Assembly: GCF_044704955.1 (NCBI RefSeq)
Contig: NC_091997.1
Coordinates: forward strand, 42,222,001 to 42,286,000
Length of the DNA stretch: 64,000 nt
Source of the DNA: Pristiophorus japonicus
Lineage: Eukaryota
Reading direction: 5' to 3'
The notes under the pieces were generated by a model. It searched no databases and had not been told where the DNA came from. It was given only the letters and a program-made list of their open reading frames with translations. Both the position numbers and the translations under genes were made by a program. Of this stretch, positions 9,813 to 24,700 are shown piece by piece. The first letter of the stretch is position 1; each line of letters starts with the position of its first letter.

Positions 9813-12800
9813 TTTTAGCCAGCGGGAGGGGGGAGGTTGGGGGGTGGAAATTTGCCGAGAGATGTTGGGATTTGTTTGGAGTGGGGGAGCTCCCTAGGGA
9901 CCTATCTTAGAACCTAATAGGGGTCTAAGCACGTAAACCCAAACCCTTACCCTAGTCTCAAACCTGCGAGTCCAGCGAGCTCGGGCCATTCTGGCCTACC
10001 ACAGGCTTCCTACCACATCACACAGTGACCACTTCCAATGACCTCCGGCGAATCCCACGAGTTCGGGCCATCCGGGCCTACCGCAGTCTCCCATCACATC
10101 ACCCGTCGACGTCGCCTGACAACCTCTGACGACCTCCGACGTCCCTCGGTGACCTCCGGCGACCTCCAATGACCTCCGGCGACGTCCAGCGTCTTCTGGT
10201 GACCTCAGACGACCTCAGATGACCTCCGGAGGTGACGTCCTCGACCTGCACCAGGCGATCAGCCCTCCAACCCCCCGCCCTCCTGCGGTGATCAGATCGG
10301 AACTCCACCTGCGATTGCAGATGGGCCTCTCCTCCATGATGGAGTCTGAGCCTCCTCTACGATGGCTGCAGCTCCCGTGGCGACAGACGACCTCCTCCTC
10401 AAGGACGACTGGGTCCCCCTCACCCATATCGGCGACTGGCCTCCCCTCCTCTTTCAGCGACAACTGGAGCTCCCCTCCCTCACTGGCGACCTGGCCTCTT
10501 CTCCATTTCCAACCCATGGTGAGTTCCATGGCTGTGAGACTCCTGTCCTCCCACCCTGACCCCCGTTGGGACACTGACCCTCCCAATGGCTGTCCCCAAC
10601 CAGGCCTCGGATCACCTACCACCAAGGGTGCTACCCAGTGCCGATCCTGCGGCCAACATCTCGCCAGAGGCAACCAGGCCCATATAGCAGTTCCTGGTTT
10701 CCAGTTGTCTTGGACCACCTTACCACTGGATCAAGACCTCGCCGAGCTAAGCCAGTGTGGTAGCCGGTGTGCAACGACCATCCCACATTAAAAGAACTCA
10801 CAAACAGGCATCTTCCACTCCGTTAACATGAAGTTCTGAACCTGGAACATCAGGACCCTCATGGATAACCCTAACAGCGACGCCGGAATGCCGCACCGCC
10901 ATAGTTGCCCGGGAATTTAGACGCTTTGATATCAATATCGCCGCCCTAAGCAAGACCCGGCGGGCAGGGAAAGGCCAGCTCAAGGAACAAGGTGAAGGTT
11001 ACACCTTCTTCTGGAAAGGGAAACCAGAAGAAGAAAGCCGTCTCCATGGAGTCGGCTTCACCATCAAAAACGAGCTGGTTGACTGCATCAAAGACTCCCC
11101 CTTCAGGGCTAACGAACACCTCATGATTCTTCGACTCACCCTATCCCGGAACCAGTGCACCACAGTCATCAGTGCGTAAGCCCCAACACTCGATGCAACT
11201 GATGAGGCCAAAGAGGGTTTCTACACCAACCTCGAAAAATCCCTGTGCTGCATTCCCATGGGTGACAAACTGATCCTCCTCAGTGACGTCAACAGCAGGG
11301 TTGGCAAGGACACAGACCTCTGGGGGGGGGGCAGTAAATGGCAGAGATGGGGTAGGGAAAGCCAACTCCAGTGGTAACCTACTCTTGACAAAATGATTAG
11401 AGCACAAACGTGTCATTACCAACATCTTGTTCCACCTGAGGGACAAATACAAGGCATCATGGCAACACTCTCACTCCAAGCACTGGCACCTGCTCAACTA
11501 TGTCATCGTCCGAGCCAGGGATCGCAAGGATGTGTGCATCACCTGCACCATGACAGAAGCCAATGACTGTTGGATGGACCACCGCCTAATCCGATCCATC
11601 ATCGACATCAACATAGCCCCAAAGCGGAGGGGGCAGCAGAAGCAGTGCCGCAAAAAATCAATGCCGGAGCACTTAAGGACCCAGCTAAGAGAGCCCTATA
11701 CAGCCAACGCCTCACAGCCAACCTGGCGTGCCTTGATGATCCCGAGACGCAGAATGCCCACAGCGCATGGTCTGCCCTCCAGGCCTCCATAACCAGTGCC
11801 TGCAAAGAGACACTCAGTTACTCAACCAGGAAACACAAGGACTGGTTTGATGAGAATGATCAGGAGATCCAAGAGTGAATAGATTGCAAGCGCAAGACAT
11901 TTCTGAGCCTTAAACAACAACCCAACATGGGAGAGCAAAGCAGCATTACAGACGGCTCAAGGCTGAGGTCCAACAATAAACGCAGGACCTTAAGAACAGG
12001 TGGTGGATGGAAAAAGCACAGGAGATACAGCAGCTGGCTGACAACCATGATGTGCAAGGATTCTTCATCACAGTCAAGGCCACCTATGGGCCAAACACCG
12101 AAGGCCCCACCCCACTGCTGGCCAAGAATGGGGAAACACTCATCAAGGACACCGAGGCAGTCAAGGCTCGCTGGAAGGAGCACTTCGAAGATCTCCTCAA
12201 TTGAGACTCTGCCTTTGACTCGAGTGTTTTTGACTTCATCCTGCAGCATGCTACCCGCCACCACCTCAGTGAGACCCCAACACTGCATGTGGTAGAAAAA
12301 GCCATAAGTCAGCTTAAAAACAACAAGGCTACGGGTGTGGACGGAATCCCCGCTGAGGCATTGAAGTATGGCGGAGAGGCACTGCTGTCACGAATACACA
12401 ACCTCATCTCTCTCATCTGGAGGGAGGAGAGCATGCCGCGGGATCTCAGAGATGCAGTAATCATGACTATCTTTAAAAAAGGGGACAAGTCTGACTACGG
12501 CAACTTACATAGGAATCTCCCTGCTATAAGCCACTGGGAAAGTCATCACTAGAGTCCTCCTCAAACAACTTTTTCCCGTGGCCAAGGAGCTCCTCCCGGA
12601 GCCACAGTGCGGATTTCGACCCCTATGGGGCACAGCAGATATGATTTTTGCAGCGCGGCAGCTACAGGAAAAATGCAGGGATCAGCACCAGCCCTTATAC
12701 ATGGCCTTCTTCAATATTATAAAGGCCTTTGACACTGTCAACCGCGAGGGTCTTTGGAGCATGCCCCTCTGTTTCAGATATCCCCAAAAGTTCCTCACCA

Positions 12801-14077
12801 TCCTCCGCCTGATCCACGACGACAGGCAGGCCATGATCCTTTCCAACAGATCCACCAGAGACCCAATCCACGTCTGGACCGGGGTCAAACTGGGCTGCAT
12901 CATTGCCCAACCCTCTTCTCAACCTTCTTCACTGCCATGCTCCACCTCACAGTCAGCAAGCTCCCCGCTGGAGTGGAACTAAACTACAGAACCAGTGGGA
13001 ACCTGTTCAACCTGTGCCGTCTCCAGGCCAGATCTAAGACCACCCCAACCTCTGTCGTCGAGCTACAGTATACAGATGATGCCTGCGTCTGCGCACATAC
13101 AGAGGCTACACGCCAGGACATAGTCGATGTATTTAATGAAGCGTACGAAAGCATGGGCCTTATGCTAAACATCCGTAAGACAAAGGTCCTCCATCAGCCT
13201 GTCCCCACCGCACAGCACTGCCCCTCAGTCATCAAGATCTATGGCGCGGCCCTGAACACCGTGGACCACTTCCAATATCTCGGGAGCCTCCTATCAACAA
13301 GAGCAGGCATTGAAATCGAGATCGAACACTGCCTCCAGTGGACCAATGCAGCCTTCGGCCCCCTGAGGAAAAGAGTGTTGAAGACCGGGCCCTCAAAACT
13401 GCCACCAAGCTCATGGTCTACAGGGCTGTAGTAATACCTGCCCTCCTGTATGGCTCAGAGAAATGGACCATGTACAGTAGACACCTCAAGTTGCTGGAGA
13501 AATATCACCAACGATGTCTCCGCAAAATACTACAAATCCCCTGGGAAGACAGACGCACCAACATCAGCGTCATCATTCAGGCTAACATCCCCAGCATTGA
13601 AGCACTGACCACACTCGATCAGCTCCGCTGCGCAGACCACATAGACCGCGTGCCAGACATGAGACTAACAATGCAAGTGCTCTACTCGGAGCTCCTTCAC
13701 AGCAAACGAGCCAAAGGTGGGCAGCGGAAATGCCACAAGGACATCCTCAAAGCCTCGCTGATAAAGTGCAACATCCCCACTGACACCTGGGAGTGCCTGG
13801 CCCAAGTCCACCCTAAGTGAAGGAAATTCATCCGAGTGGGCGCTGAGCACCTCAAGTCACAACACCGAGAGCATGCAGAAATAAAGCGCAGATAGCGGAA
13901 AGAGCGTGCGACAAATCAGTCCCACCCACCCCTTACCTCAATGACTATCTGTCCCACCTATGACAGAGTTTGTGGCTCCTGTATTGGACTGTTCAGCCAC
14001 CAAAGTACTCACTTCAGGAGTGGAAGGAAGCCTTCCTCGATTTCGAGAGACTGCCTATGATGTTGAAGACAATGATG
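9813..14077 (+). mobile_element. Near full-length RTE-clade (BovB-like) LINE, decayed
   Basis: Endonuclease start MKF*TWNIRTLMDN near 10828; RT motifs (QCGFRP, KAFDTV, LQYTDD, FQYLGS); (TGA)n-like tail. 11-bp TSD ATCTCTGATTG at 9802-9812 and 14078-14088. Many stops and frameshifts. Confidence 0.92.
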
Positions 14078-14088
14078 ATCTCTGATTG

Positions 14089-15333
14089 CCACTTCCAGCA
14101 GGATAAAGAGTGTCAGATATTGGAAATTTGACTACCCTGGTCATGGTCATCAGATACATCCTTTGTCACAGACACATTCTGCCCCTCTTTTTCCTCCTTG
14201 ACCGCTCTGGTGTCTGCCACATGATCTACCGTTTCATTGTTTTTCACCACTTCTCCTCAGTGATTCACCTCTGTGGTATTGTCCTGGCTTGGCACTGCTT
14301 CTACGTGTCCCAATGTAGCTGTCGCACTTTCTAAAATGGCTTCTCCCTCCCCCCCAGTACATTCATTTTGGGTATCCCTTAAGATGCTTGCCCTTTCTTT
14401 CATCTACATGGTTCCCTTTGGTAACATCATTCTTACACATCGGGTCAACTTCCTTATGTGTGCTGTTGACCTTTGGATTTGCCCCACCACCATCACGCTC
14501 AATTCATAGATCACCACTGTACCATCTAACAGTAAATCATAGGTGAGCCAGAATTGTTCCCAACTCAGGACCAGCAAAGCCAAAGCCACCCTATTTAAAT
14601 CACAGCAAAAACTCTATACCTGGCCCCAATTTCATCCCCCTCCCTGGCAGCTCATTCAGGTTGAATCCAAACATCTGCCTTGTCTGTGATCTATTTGACC
14701 CTGAGTTGAACTTTAAGCCCAAAATATTATCCAGCACCAAGGATGCCTTTATCATTGCAGCATAATTTCCCTCTACTCCTAGCGCTCCCACATTGTCAAC
14801 ATAACCTTCATCTACTCTTTTGTCAGCTCCAAGCCTGACTTGTCCAAAGAGCTTTTTGTCGCCCCATCAACTCCACTCATCATAAACTCTGACTCGTCCA
14901 AAATGCATCTGCCGACAGCATGTCCTACACTATGTCTCAACTCCCTTTTACCCATTTCCTCACCAATCTCCATTAGTTCTTCATCTCCCAGTGCATTGAA
15001 TTCAAAGACCCTAGGTTAGTCTACAATTCTCTCCATGTCCGTGCCCCTCTCTCCCTCTGAAACCTCCTGTAGCTCTAGTAGCAACCTTGCAATCCCCTTT
15101 CCCTCTGCTGCACTGTCAGTGGCAGGGTTTATAGTGCCTTGGGCTCACACTCAAGAACTCTACCCCTAAATCCTTATCTCCCAATCTTTAAAAGCTTCCT
15201 CAAAACCGATACTTCCCACCTTGTCTTAAGCATATCTACTGTTGTCCTGCTGTTTGGAGTCCATTTTTAACCTCTGTGAAACATTGTGGATGATTTACTG
15301 TGCTGAAGGTATCACATAATTGCGTTGCGGTTG
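14089..15333 (+). mobile_element. Old L2 LINE remnant (RT region and 3' tail)
   Basis: ORF 14110-14334 resembles the L2 RT segment (TALVKV.NDIL...LLDLSAAFD.VDH...LAWF.SYLS); L2-like tail near 15275-15333. Confidence 0.7.
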
Positions 15334-16043
15334 AGAGTAGAAAATCGTGTTCATAATATACTGAGATGTAAATAAAAAATGCAAGGGCAAAACAAGCTTA
15401 TTAACTATCTGTTAATCTTGAGAGCAAAACTCCCGAGTAATTCTCCCATTCTTTAGCCCAGTGACACTGTAGGAAATTACACTGTGCCTGAGACTATCCC
15501 AAGAGATCAGCTTACTCAGCAGAGACCATTTCCAAACTAAGCAGTGCATTTTCACACTAAGCAACCAACGGGATGCTATCTCTTTATTTTAAGATAGCAG
15601 TATTAGCAGAGTCAGCAATAGCAAATGCGAGAAAACTTACTAATGGCAGGGCAAACTGGGGGACATGGGCACCGAGTATTGTGCAGTATCTGTGTGCCTG
15701 CAGTTGGTGCTGGGAGAGAAATTGTCTGTGAGGAATATATAATTGACCTCGATACCAATTTGGATCACTGTTAATCGCAGCAGACAAAGAGCCTGGATTT
15801 CAGGATTAAAATAGTATCCTTTTTGTACAATAAATTTCAAAATTTGGTCTGTCGGTTGTATAGTCTGCTGTGTACTCACATCGAGATTTGGGATTCTGAG
15901 CAAGCAATTCATTAAAAACTAATGCACAAGTACAAAAAGCAATCAAAAAGGCTAAGGGAATGTTACCCCCACACCAACTCCTCATCACCACCAAAATTAC
16001 TTACATGACCGTAAGGCTGGAAAATTGGCTAGGTCAGAGCACA

Positions 16044-19000
16044 AAACATAGAAACATAGAAAATAGGTGCAGAAGTAGGCCATTTGGCCCTTCGAACCTG
16101 CACCACCATTCAATAAGAGCATGGCTGATCATTCCCTCGGTACCCCTTTCCTGCTTTCTCTCCATACCCTTCGATCCCCCTAGCCGTAAGGGCCATATGT
16201 AAATCTTGAATATATCCAATGAACTGGTATCAACAGTTCTCTGTGGCAGGGAATTCCACAGGTTAACAACTCTCTGAGTGAAGAAGTTTCTCCTCATCTC
16301 AGTCCTAAATGGCCTACCCCTTATCCTTAGACTATGTCCCCTGGTTCTGGACTTCCCCAACAACGGGAACATTCTTCCCACATCGAACTTGTCTAGTCCC
16401 ATCAGAATCTTATATGTTTCTATGAGATCCCCTCTCATCCTTCTAAACTCCAGTGAATACAGGCCCAGTCGATCCAGTCTCTCCTCATATGTCAGTCCAG
16501 CCATCCAGGGAATCAGTCTGGTGAACCTTCGCTGCGCTCCCTCAATAGCAAGAATGTCCTCCCTCAGATTAGGAGGCCAAAACTGAACACAATATTCCAG
16601 GTGAGGCCTCACTAAGGTCCTGTACAACTGCAGTAAGACCTCCCTGCTCCTATACTCAAATCCCCTAGCTATGAAGGCCAACATACCATTCGCCTTCTTT
16701 ATCGCCTGCTGTACCTGCATGCCAACTTTCAATGACTGATGAACCATGACACCCAGGTCTCATTGCACCTCCCTTTTTCCTAATCTGCCGTCATTCAGAT
16801 AATATTCTGCCTTTGTGTTTTTGCCCCCAAAGTAGATAACCTCACATTTATCCACATTATACTGCATCTGCCATGCATTTGCCCACTCACCTAACCTGTC
16901 CAAGTCACCCTGCAGCCTCTTAGCGTCCTCCTCACAGCTCACACCGCCACCCAGTTTAGTGTCATCTGCAAACTTGGAGATATTACACTCAATTCCTTCA
17001 TCTAAATCATTAATGTATATAGTAAAGAGGTAGTATCCAGCACTTAACCCTGTGGCACTCCACTAGTCACTGTCTGCTATTCTGAAAAGGACCCGTTTAT
17101 CCCGACTCTCTGCTTCCTGCCTGCCAACCAGTTCGATATCCACGTCAGTTCATTACCCCTAATACCATCTGTTTTGATTTTGCACACCCATCTCTTATTT
17201 GGGACCTTGTCAAAAGCCTTTTGAAAGTCGAAATACACCACATTCACTGGTTCTCCCTTGTCCACTCTATTAGTTATATCCTCAAAAAATTCCAGAAGAT
17301 TTGTCAAGCAAGATTTCCCTTTCATAAATCCATGCTGTCTTGGACCGATCCTTTCACTGCTTTCCAGATGCACTGCTATTTCATCCTTAATAATTGATTC
17401 CAACATGTTCCCCACTACTGATATCAGGCTAACTGGTCTATAATTACCCATTTTCTCTCTCCCTCCCTTTTTAAAAAGTTATATTACATTAGCTACCCTC
17501 CAGTCCATAGGAACTGATCCAGAGTCGATAGACTGTTGGAAAATGATCACCAATGCATCCACTATTTCTAGGGCCATTTCCTTAAATACTCTGGGATGCA
17601 GACTATCAGGCCCTGGGGATTTATCGGCCTTCAATCCCATCAATTTCCCTAACACAATTTCCCGCCTAATAAGGATATCCGTCAGTTCCTCCTTCTCATT
17701 AGACCCTCGGTCCCCTGGTACTTCCTGAAGGTTATTTGTGTTTTCCTTTGTGAAGACAGAACCAAAGTATTTGTTCAATTGGTCTACCATTTCTTTGTTC
17801 CCCATTATAAATTCTCCTGAATCCGACTGCAAGGGACCTACGTTTGTCTTTACTAATCTTTTTCTCTTCACATATCTATAGAAGCTTTTGCAGTCACTTT
17901 TTATGCTCCTGGCAAGCTTCCTCTCATACTCTATTTCCCCTTCTTAATTAAAACCTTTGTCCTCCTCTGCTGAATTCTTAATTTCTCCCAATCCTCAGGT
18001 TTGCTGCTTTTTCTGGCCAATTCATATGCCTCTTCCTTGGATTTAACACTATCCTTAATTTTCCTTGTTAACCACGGTTGAGCCAGCTTCCCCGTTTTAT
18101 TTTTACACCAGATGTACAATTATTGAAGTTCATTCATGTGATCTTTAAATGTTTGCTATTGCCTATCCACCATCAACCGTTTAAGTATCATTTGCCAGTC
18201 AATTCTGGCCAATTCACACCTCATACCATCGTAGTTACCTTTCCTTAAGTTCAGGACTCTAGTTTCTGAATTAACTGTGTCACTCTCCATCTTAATAAAG
18301 AATTATACCATATTATGGTCACTCTTCCCGAAGGGGCCTCGCACAACAAGATTGCTAATTAGTCCTTTCTCATTACACATCAGCCAGTCTAGGATGGCCA
18401 GCTCTCCAGTTGGTTCCTCGATATATTGGTCTAGAAAACCATCCCTAATACCCTCCAGGAAATCCTCCTCCACCGCATTGCTACCAGTTTGGTTAGCCCA
18501 ATCAATATGTAGATTAAAGTCACCCATGATAACTGCTGTACCTTTATTGCACGCATCCCTTATTTCTTGTTTGATGCTGCCCCCAACTTCACTACTACTG
18601 TTTGGTGGTCTGTACACAACTCCCACTAGCGTTTTCTGCCCTTTGGTATTCCGCAGTTCCACCCATACTGATTCTGCATCATCCAGGCTAATGTTCTTCC
18701 TAACTATTGCATTAATTTCCTCTTTAACCAGCAATGCCTCCACGCCTACTTTTCCTTTCCATCTATCCTTCCTAAATGTTGAATACCCCTGGATGTTGAC
18801 TTCCCAGCCTTGGTCACCCTGGAGCCATGTCTCCGTGATGCCAATTACATCATAACAGTTAACTGCTCTCTGCGCAGCTAATTTGTCCACCTTATTCCGA
18901 ATACTCCTTGCATTGAGGCACAGAGCCTACAGGTTTGTCTTTCTAACACATTTTGCCCCTTCAGAATTTTGCTGTAATGTGGTCCTTTTTGCTTTTTGCC

Positions 19001-19625
19001 TTAGGTTTCTCTGACCTCCATTTTTACTTTTCTTCTTTCTATGTTTTGCTTCAGCCCCCATTCTACTTCCCTCTGTCTCCCTGCATAGATTCCCATCCCC
19101 CTGCTATATTAGTTTAACTCCTCCCCAACAGCACTAGCAAACACCCCCCCTAGGACATTGGTTCCGGTCCTGCCCCGGTGCAGACCGTCCGGTTTGTACT
19201 GGTCCATCCTCCCCCAGAGACCGTTCCAATGTCCCAGGAATTTGTATCCCTCCCTGCTGCACCACTCCTCAAGCCACGTATTCATCTGAGCTATCCTGCG
19301 ATTCCTATTCTGACTAGCACGTGACACTGGTAGCAATCCTGAGATTACTACTTTTGAGGCCCTACTTTCTAATTTAGCTCCTAGCTCCATAAATTCATCT
19401 TGTATGACCTCATCCCATTTTATACCTATATCGTTGGTACCTATATGCACCACGACAACTGGCTGTTCACCCTCCCTTTTCAAAATGTCCTGCACCCGCT
19501 CCGAGACATCCTTGACCCTTGCAGCAGGGAGGCAACGTATCATCCTGAGGTCTCGGTTGTGGCCGCAGAACAGTCTATCTAGTTCCCTTACAATCGAATC
19601 CCCTACCACTATAGCTCTCCCCCCG
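16044..19625 (-). mobile_element. CR1 LINE with ORF1 esterase (SGNH) domain and endonuclease-RT ORF2, decayed
   Basis: Tail (aacataga)n; RT (NYRPVSL, DFQKAFDKV, FADD); endonuclease (ITETWL, MGDFN, SDH); ORF1 GDSIVR...HIGTND...DGLH at 19109-19633. Empty site in unit 3 near 58107-58123. Confidence 0.93.
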
Positions 19626-20147
19626 TTGTGCAAAGTGACACAAGCTCACCAGCGGCTGGGACAAGGCATTGGAGACTGTGCTTTCCAGTGGAATAATAAT
19701 CAGCATCAGCTGCTCCTTTAAGGAGAAAGAGGTTAGGAGAAAAAATGAGAGTAAAAAACCATGGGGAGAAGAGGAGAATTTTGTTTACACAGCGAGTCGT
19801 CATGATCTGGGATTCAACATCTGAAAGGGTGGTAGAAGAAGATTCAGCAGTAACTTTCAAAAGGGAATTATATATATACTTGAAAAGGAAAGATTAGCAG
19901 GGCAATGCAGAAAGAGCAGTAAAGTGGGAATCATTAGATAGCTCTTTCAAAGAGCCAGCACTGGCACAGTGGCCGAAAATCCTTTTTTTGTGCTGTAAGG
20001 TTCTATGATTCTATGATTTTCATGCTTTCGATGATGTTGACATATACCTTTGTGGTTCCCTTTCTACCCTTTCATTTTCAATGTTATTTTCTCCCCTCCG
20101 TTAAGTCCCTCTTGTTCAAACTATGTAGCACTTGAGCCTTAGTCAAT

Positions 20148-20580
20148 GGCCGGAATTTTCTGGAAGTAGGCGGGTCAGGGGCGGGTGGCCTTCGAGTTGG
20201 GCGATAACCCAGGAGGCTGGGTGTCCCACACACCCTGCCGACTTGAACAGCAGGGCCTGATTTGCATATGAGCACTAGGTTTCCCGCCCACAGCCAGCCA
20301 GCTTGAGAGTCTGGCTGGCTGCGGGTGGGTAGGCTTGCAGCTGCAGAGAGGGATGGAGGGTCCGGTCCGGGGAAAGGATGGCAGGTGTGTCGGTCGGGGA
20401 TTGCTGGGGGCTCGGTCGGGAAGTGAGGATGGTCGGCCATAGATTGGGGAATCGGGGTAGGTGGTTTGGTGGGGGATCAAACGGGTTCGGTCAAGGATCA
20501 TCAGAGGGTTCAGTTAGGTGGCGGGGGGTCGGCTGGGGATCAAGGAACAGTGGGGTGCTTTGTTGGGGATTGGCAGTGGG
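20148..20580. mobile_element. GC-rich MITE-like element, truncated copy
   Basis: Begins ggccggaattttc; a longer paralog is at 58671-59502. Confidence 0.45.
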
Positions 20581-21763
20581 GGTCTTAAGGTGCCAATATC
20601 CTCCAATACGTTATCATAATGGGCATTGTCCACATGGCCTAGATGGCAGGCTATTCCCTAATTTGGACATCAGCCATGTCCAGTCCTCGCCTAAGGCAAA
20701 GTCTACGGACGTACCCTTCTCAGTAGGCTTTACTGGATAAGCTGCATGTGCAAACATTTGAATGGTCTGTGCTGCCAGTTAAAGGGCCCATGCATTAAAA
20801 AAAATGACACGGAACATTGACTAACACCAATTCAATCCAAAATCTTCTGGCTCTCAATAGTAAAAGTATTTGAAAAAGAAACACTAGCAAGACAGTAAAA
20901 ACAAATCTGCAGAAAGATTAACAATAATGTTGTTCAACTGAAACTCAGTAAATGGGTTTGTTACACAAGAAAAGATAATTTACAATATGTAGCTTTGAAC
21001 TACAAGTTTAACTCTGCTGCCCATGAACTGCTGAGGCCTGCTTATCAATGCTGTGCGTATTATGTCACTGGACAAGCTGAAACAAGCCGCTGATCTCTGC
21101 AGGTTGAGGGATTGGGTGTGCAGTGCTCCTCTCCTTGTCATGCAGAGCAGGGACAGTGCACCTCCCTGGAACACAGAGGAACCAAGTCAAGGTAAAGCAG
21201 AGAGATAAAACTAGTGATCAACGTCCAACAGAAATACACTTTAATGTTGGTTAGTGAACAAAAACAAGCAAAAGACAGCTCTATAAATGGAAAAATGCTT
21301 TTACTAGCTATTAATATCTACTTCTGGTAGGAAAATTTAATGCATTCTTCATTTATTCAAGTAAACCACATTAATATGAGGGGACTATTTAGAGCTAGTA
21401 TCAACATTATTGGGGGTCTTCATAAGAAGACTTATTATATAGAATTGTACAGCACAGAACAGGCCTTTTGGCCTAATACATCGAGGCCAGTTGGTATTTG
21501 TGGTCCACATGAGAATGCTCCCACACTATTTACTTCAACTCATCCTAGCAACATATCCTTCTATTCCTTTCTTCCTAATATACTTATCTAACTTCCCTTT
21601 AAATACATCTATGCTGATCACTTGAACCACCCCATGTGGTAGCGGGTGCCACATATTCGCTACTCTCTGAGTAAAGATGTTTACCCTTGAATGCTTTATT
21701 TAATCTATTAGTGACTTTCTATATTTATGGCCCATTGTTTTGGACTCCCCCAAAAGTGGAAAC

Positions 21764-24700
21764 TGTTATGTATTTAACCCTTGGCTACCTGTATCACACC
21801 ACCACTAGAGTGCCAACCTGTTGGAATCCCTTGGGAGCACTGTATATAAGCAGGCCACCCATGAGGTACCTTCAGTCTGGTGTCTAATTAAATGAGCTAA
21901 AGTCACACTTACTCATTGTTTACGGTACTGAGTTTCATCCTTTATTATCAGCATAATAATTGGCAACAAGATAACAAACAACCACGTGAAAATGCAAAGA
22001 ACAGTTGGTATCCTGGAGAAGTTCTCAGAAGTGGATGATTGGAAGACCTTCGTGGAGATACTTGATCAATACTTCATGGCCAATGAGCCGAAGGGGATGA
22101 GAATGCTGCCAAACGAAGGGCGATCCTCCTTACTGTCTGTTGGGCAGCAAACTATGACCTCATGAAGAATCTTCTTGCTCCGGTAAAACCAAAAACCAAA
22201 TCCTATGAAGAATTGTGTACGCTGGTCCGGGACCACCTAAATCCTAAGGAAAGTGTTTTGATGGCGAGTTATCGGTTCTACACGTATCAACGGTCAGAGG
22301 GCCAGGAAGTGGCGAGCTATGTCGCTGAACTAAGGTGCCTTACAGGACATTGCGAATTTGATGGATTCCTTGAACAAATGCTCAGAGACTTTTTTGTGCT
22401 TCGCATTGGCCATGAGTAATCCTCCACCAGCGATAACATGAAACAAATTTTGCAACATAAAGAGGTTTCAGCCACTACTGTGTACAAAGTAACAATGTTT
22501 TCGAGCAGGAATATACATGGCAGAACATACACGCCGGCTGCAGTTCGATTTCAGATGACCCAGAGTCCGCCATCAATCGTTAATGCAAGGCAGTTAACAC
22601 CTTGTTGACGTTGTGGAGGTGATCATCGGGACCATCAATGCAACTTCAAGCACAATGCCTGCAGCAGCTGCAGAACAATGGGACACCTCCAGCTGCAAAC
22701 ACTTCAATCCCTGCAAACCACCACATTGCAGAGGAAGGTCGATCCACGGTGGATCAGGCTGAACTTGAGACTCGTATCGAGGAGGCAGATATGTACCGGT
22801 GTACACATCTTTACCACGAAATGTCCACCAATAATGTTAAAAGTTGAACTGAATGGAATTCCAGTATCCATGGAACTGAACACGGGTGCGCGTCAGTCCA
22901 TAATGAGCAAAAAGGCCTTCGAGAGGCTGTGGTGCAACAAGGCACACAGGCTCAAGCTCAGCCCCATTCACATCAAGCTAAGAACTTACACCAAAGAACC
23001 GATCCCTGTAATTGGCAGTGCAGAGGTCAAAATCTCCCATGATGGAGCAGTGCATGAACTTCCACTATGGATCATGCCAGGGGATGGCCCCACACTGTTC
23101 GGCAGAAGCTGGCTGGGAAAAATACGCTGGAACTGGGACGACATCTGAGCGCTTTCGTCCGTCGATGATTCCTCATGTGCCCAGGTTCTAAGCAGATTTC
23201 CATTGTTGTTCGAGCCAGGCATTGGATGTTTCTTGGTGGCCAAAAGTGCAGATCCATTTGGTTCCAGGAAAATGACCCATCCACCACAAGGCATGGGCAG
23301 TACTGTATATGATGCGAGAGAAAGTGGAAATTGAGCTGGACAGGCTGCAGCGAGAAGGCATCATTGGGCTGGTGGAATTCAACAAGTGGGCCAGTCTGAT
23401 TGTCCCAGTAGTCAAAGGTGATGGCACAGTCAGAATTTGTGGGGACTATAAAGTAACGATTAACCGTTTTTCTCTAAAGGACCAATACCCGCTACCCAAG
23501 GCAGATGACCTATTTGCGAACCTGGCTGGAGGAAAGACATTCACCAAGTTGGACCTGATCTTGGCCTACATGACATAGGGGCTGGAGGAATCTTCGAAAG
23601 GCCTCACCTGCATCAACACACATAAAGTTCTGTTCATCGATAACAGATGCCCGTTCAGGACTCAGTCAGCTGAGGCAATTTTCCAATGGAACTTGGAGAG
23701 CCTGCTAAAGTTTGTTCCTTGCACCATCGTTTTCCAGGACAACATACTGGTCACAGGTCGGGACACCATCGAACACTTGAAGAATCTGGAAGAGGTTACA
23801 AGTCGGCTAGATCACGTGGGACTCAGGTTGAAACACTCGAAGTGTGTTTTCCTGGCATCAGAGGTCGAGTTCTTGGGAAGAAGATTCACAGCAGATGGAA
23901 TCAGACCCACCGTCACCAAGAGGGAAGCCATCAGGAATGCGCCGAGATGACAGAACATGACGGAGCTGCGGTGGTTCCTCAACTATTTTGGAAATTTCCT
24001 AGAACCCCTACATGTGCTACTGCGCAAGGGAGATGACTGGGTATGAGGGAATTCACAAGAGGCTGCCTTTGAGAAAGCCAATTATGTTCAAGCGAATTGC
24101 TTATGTAAATGATTAGTGCTAGCTTGCGATGCGTCGTCATATGGGGTGGGGTGTGTGTTAAAACATACTAACGAATTGGCGATTTTGCAACTGATTGCTT
24201 ATGCGTCCAGGAGTCTGTCCAAGCCAGCAAGGGCCTACAGCATAATTGAAAAAGAAGCTCTGGCATATGTTTACGGGTGAAAGAAATGCACCAGCATTTG
24301 TTTGGTATCAAGATTGAGCTTGAAACTGACCATAAGCTATTCTCAGAGAGCAAAGGGATTAACAACAATGCCTCTGCCCGCATCTAAAGATGGGCGCTCA
24401 CGCTGTTGGCATATAACTATGTAATCTGCCACAGACAGGGCACAGAGAACTGCGCTGATGCTCTCAGTCAGCAACCATTGCCCACCACCGGGGTGGAAAT
24501 GGCACAGCCTGCAGACTTGCTCTTGGTGATGGCTGCATTCGAAAATGAAAAGTCACCCGTTACGGCCCACCAGATCAGGACCTGGACCAGCCAGGATACT
24601 TTACTTTCCCTGGTAAAAAAACTGTGTCCACCAGGGGAGCTGGTCCAGCATCCCATCAGAGATGCAGGAAGAGATTAACCCTTCCACAGGCACAACGATG

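Larger units (their letters stand above)
1..10270 (+). repeat. Segmental duplication, unit 1 (A1 + B1 + start of RTE); paralogous to 33161-43120
   Basis: Position 1 (agtttccgat) aligns with 33161; genes, introns, intergenic DNA and TE insertions are colinear. Confidence 0.92.

Noticed and set aside
9933-9955. Telomere-like aaacccaaacccttacccta
   Set aside because: Only 2-3 imperfect units, not (CCCTAA)n, and different in the paralog.
10025-10245. Short GACCTCC repeats superficially like a CRISPR array
   Set aside because: No unique spacers, degenerate units, inside a LINE leader in vertebrate DNA, and no cas genes.
19109-19633. SGNH/GDSL esterase ORF as a host gene
   Set aside because: It is the established ORF1 esterase domain of CR1 elements, directly upstream of ORF2.
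21103-21191. AG..GT-bounded exon-like segment where unit 1/unit 3 homology ends
   Set aside because: No partner exons or recognisable peptide; splice-like dinucleotides alone are not enough.
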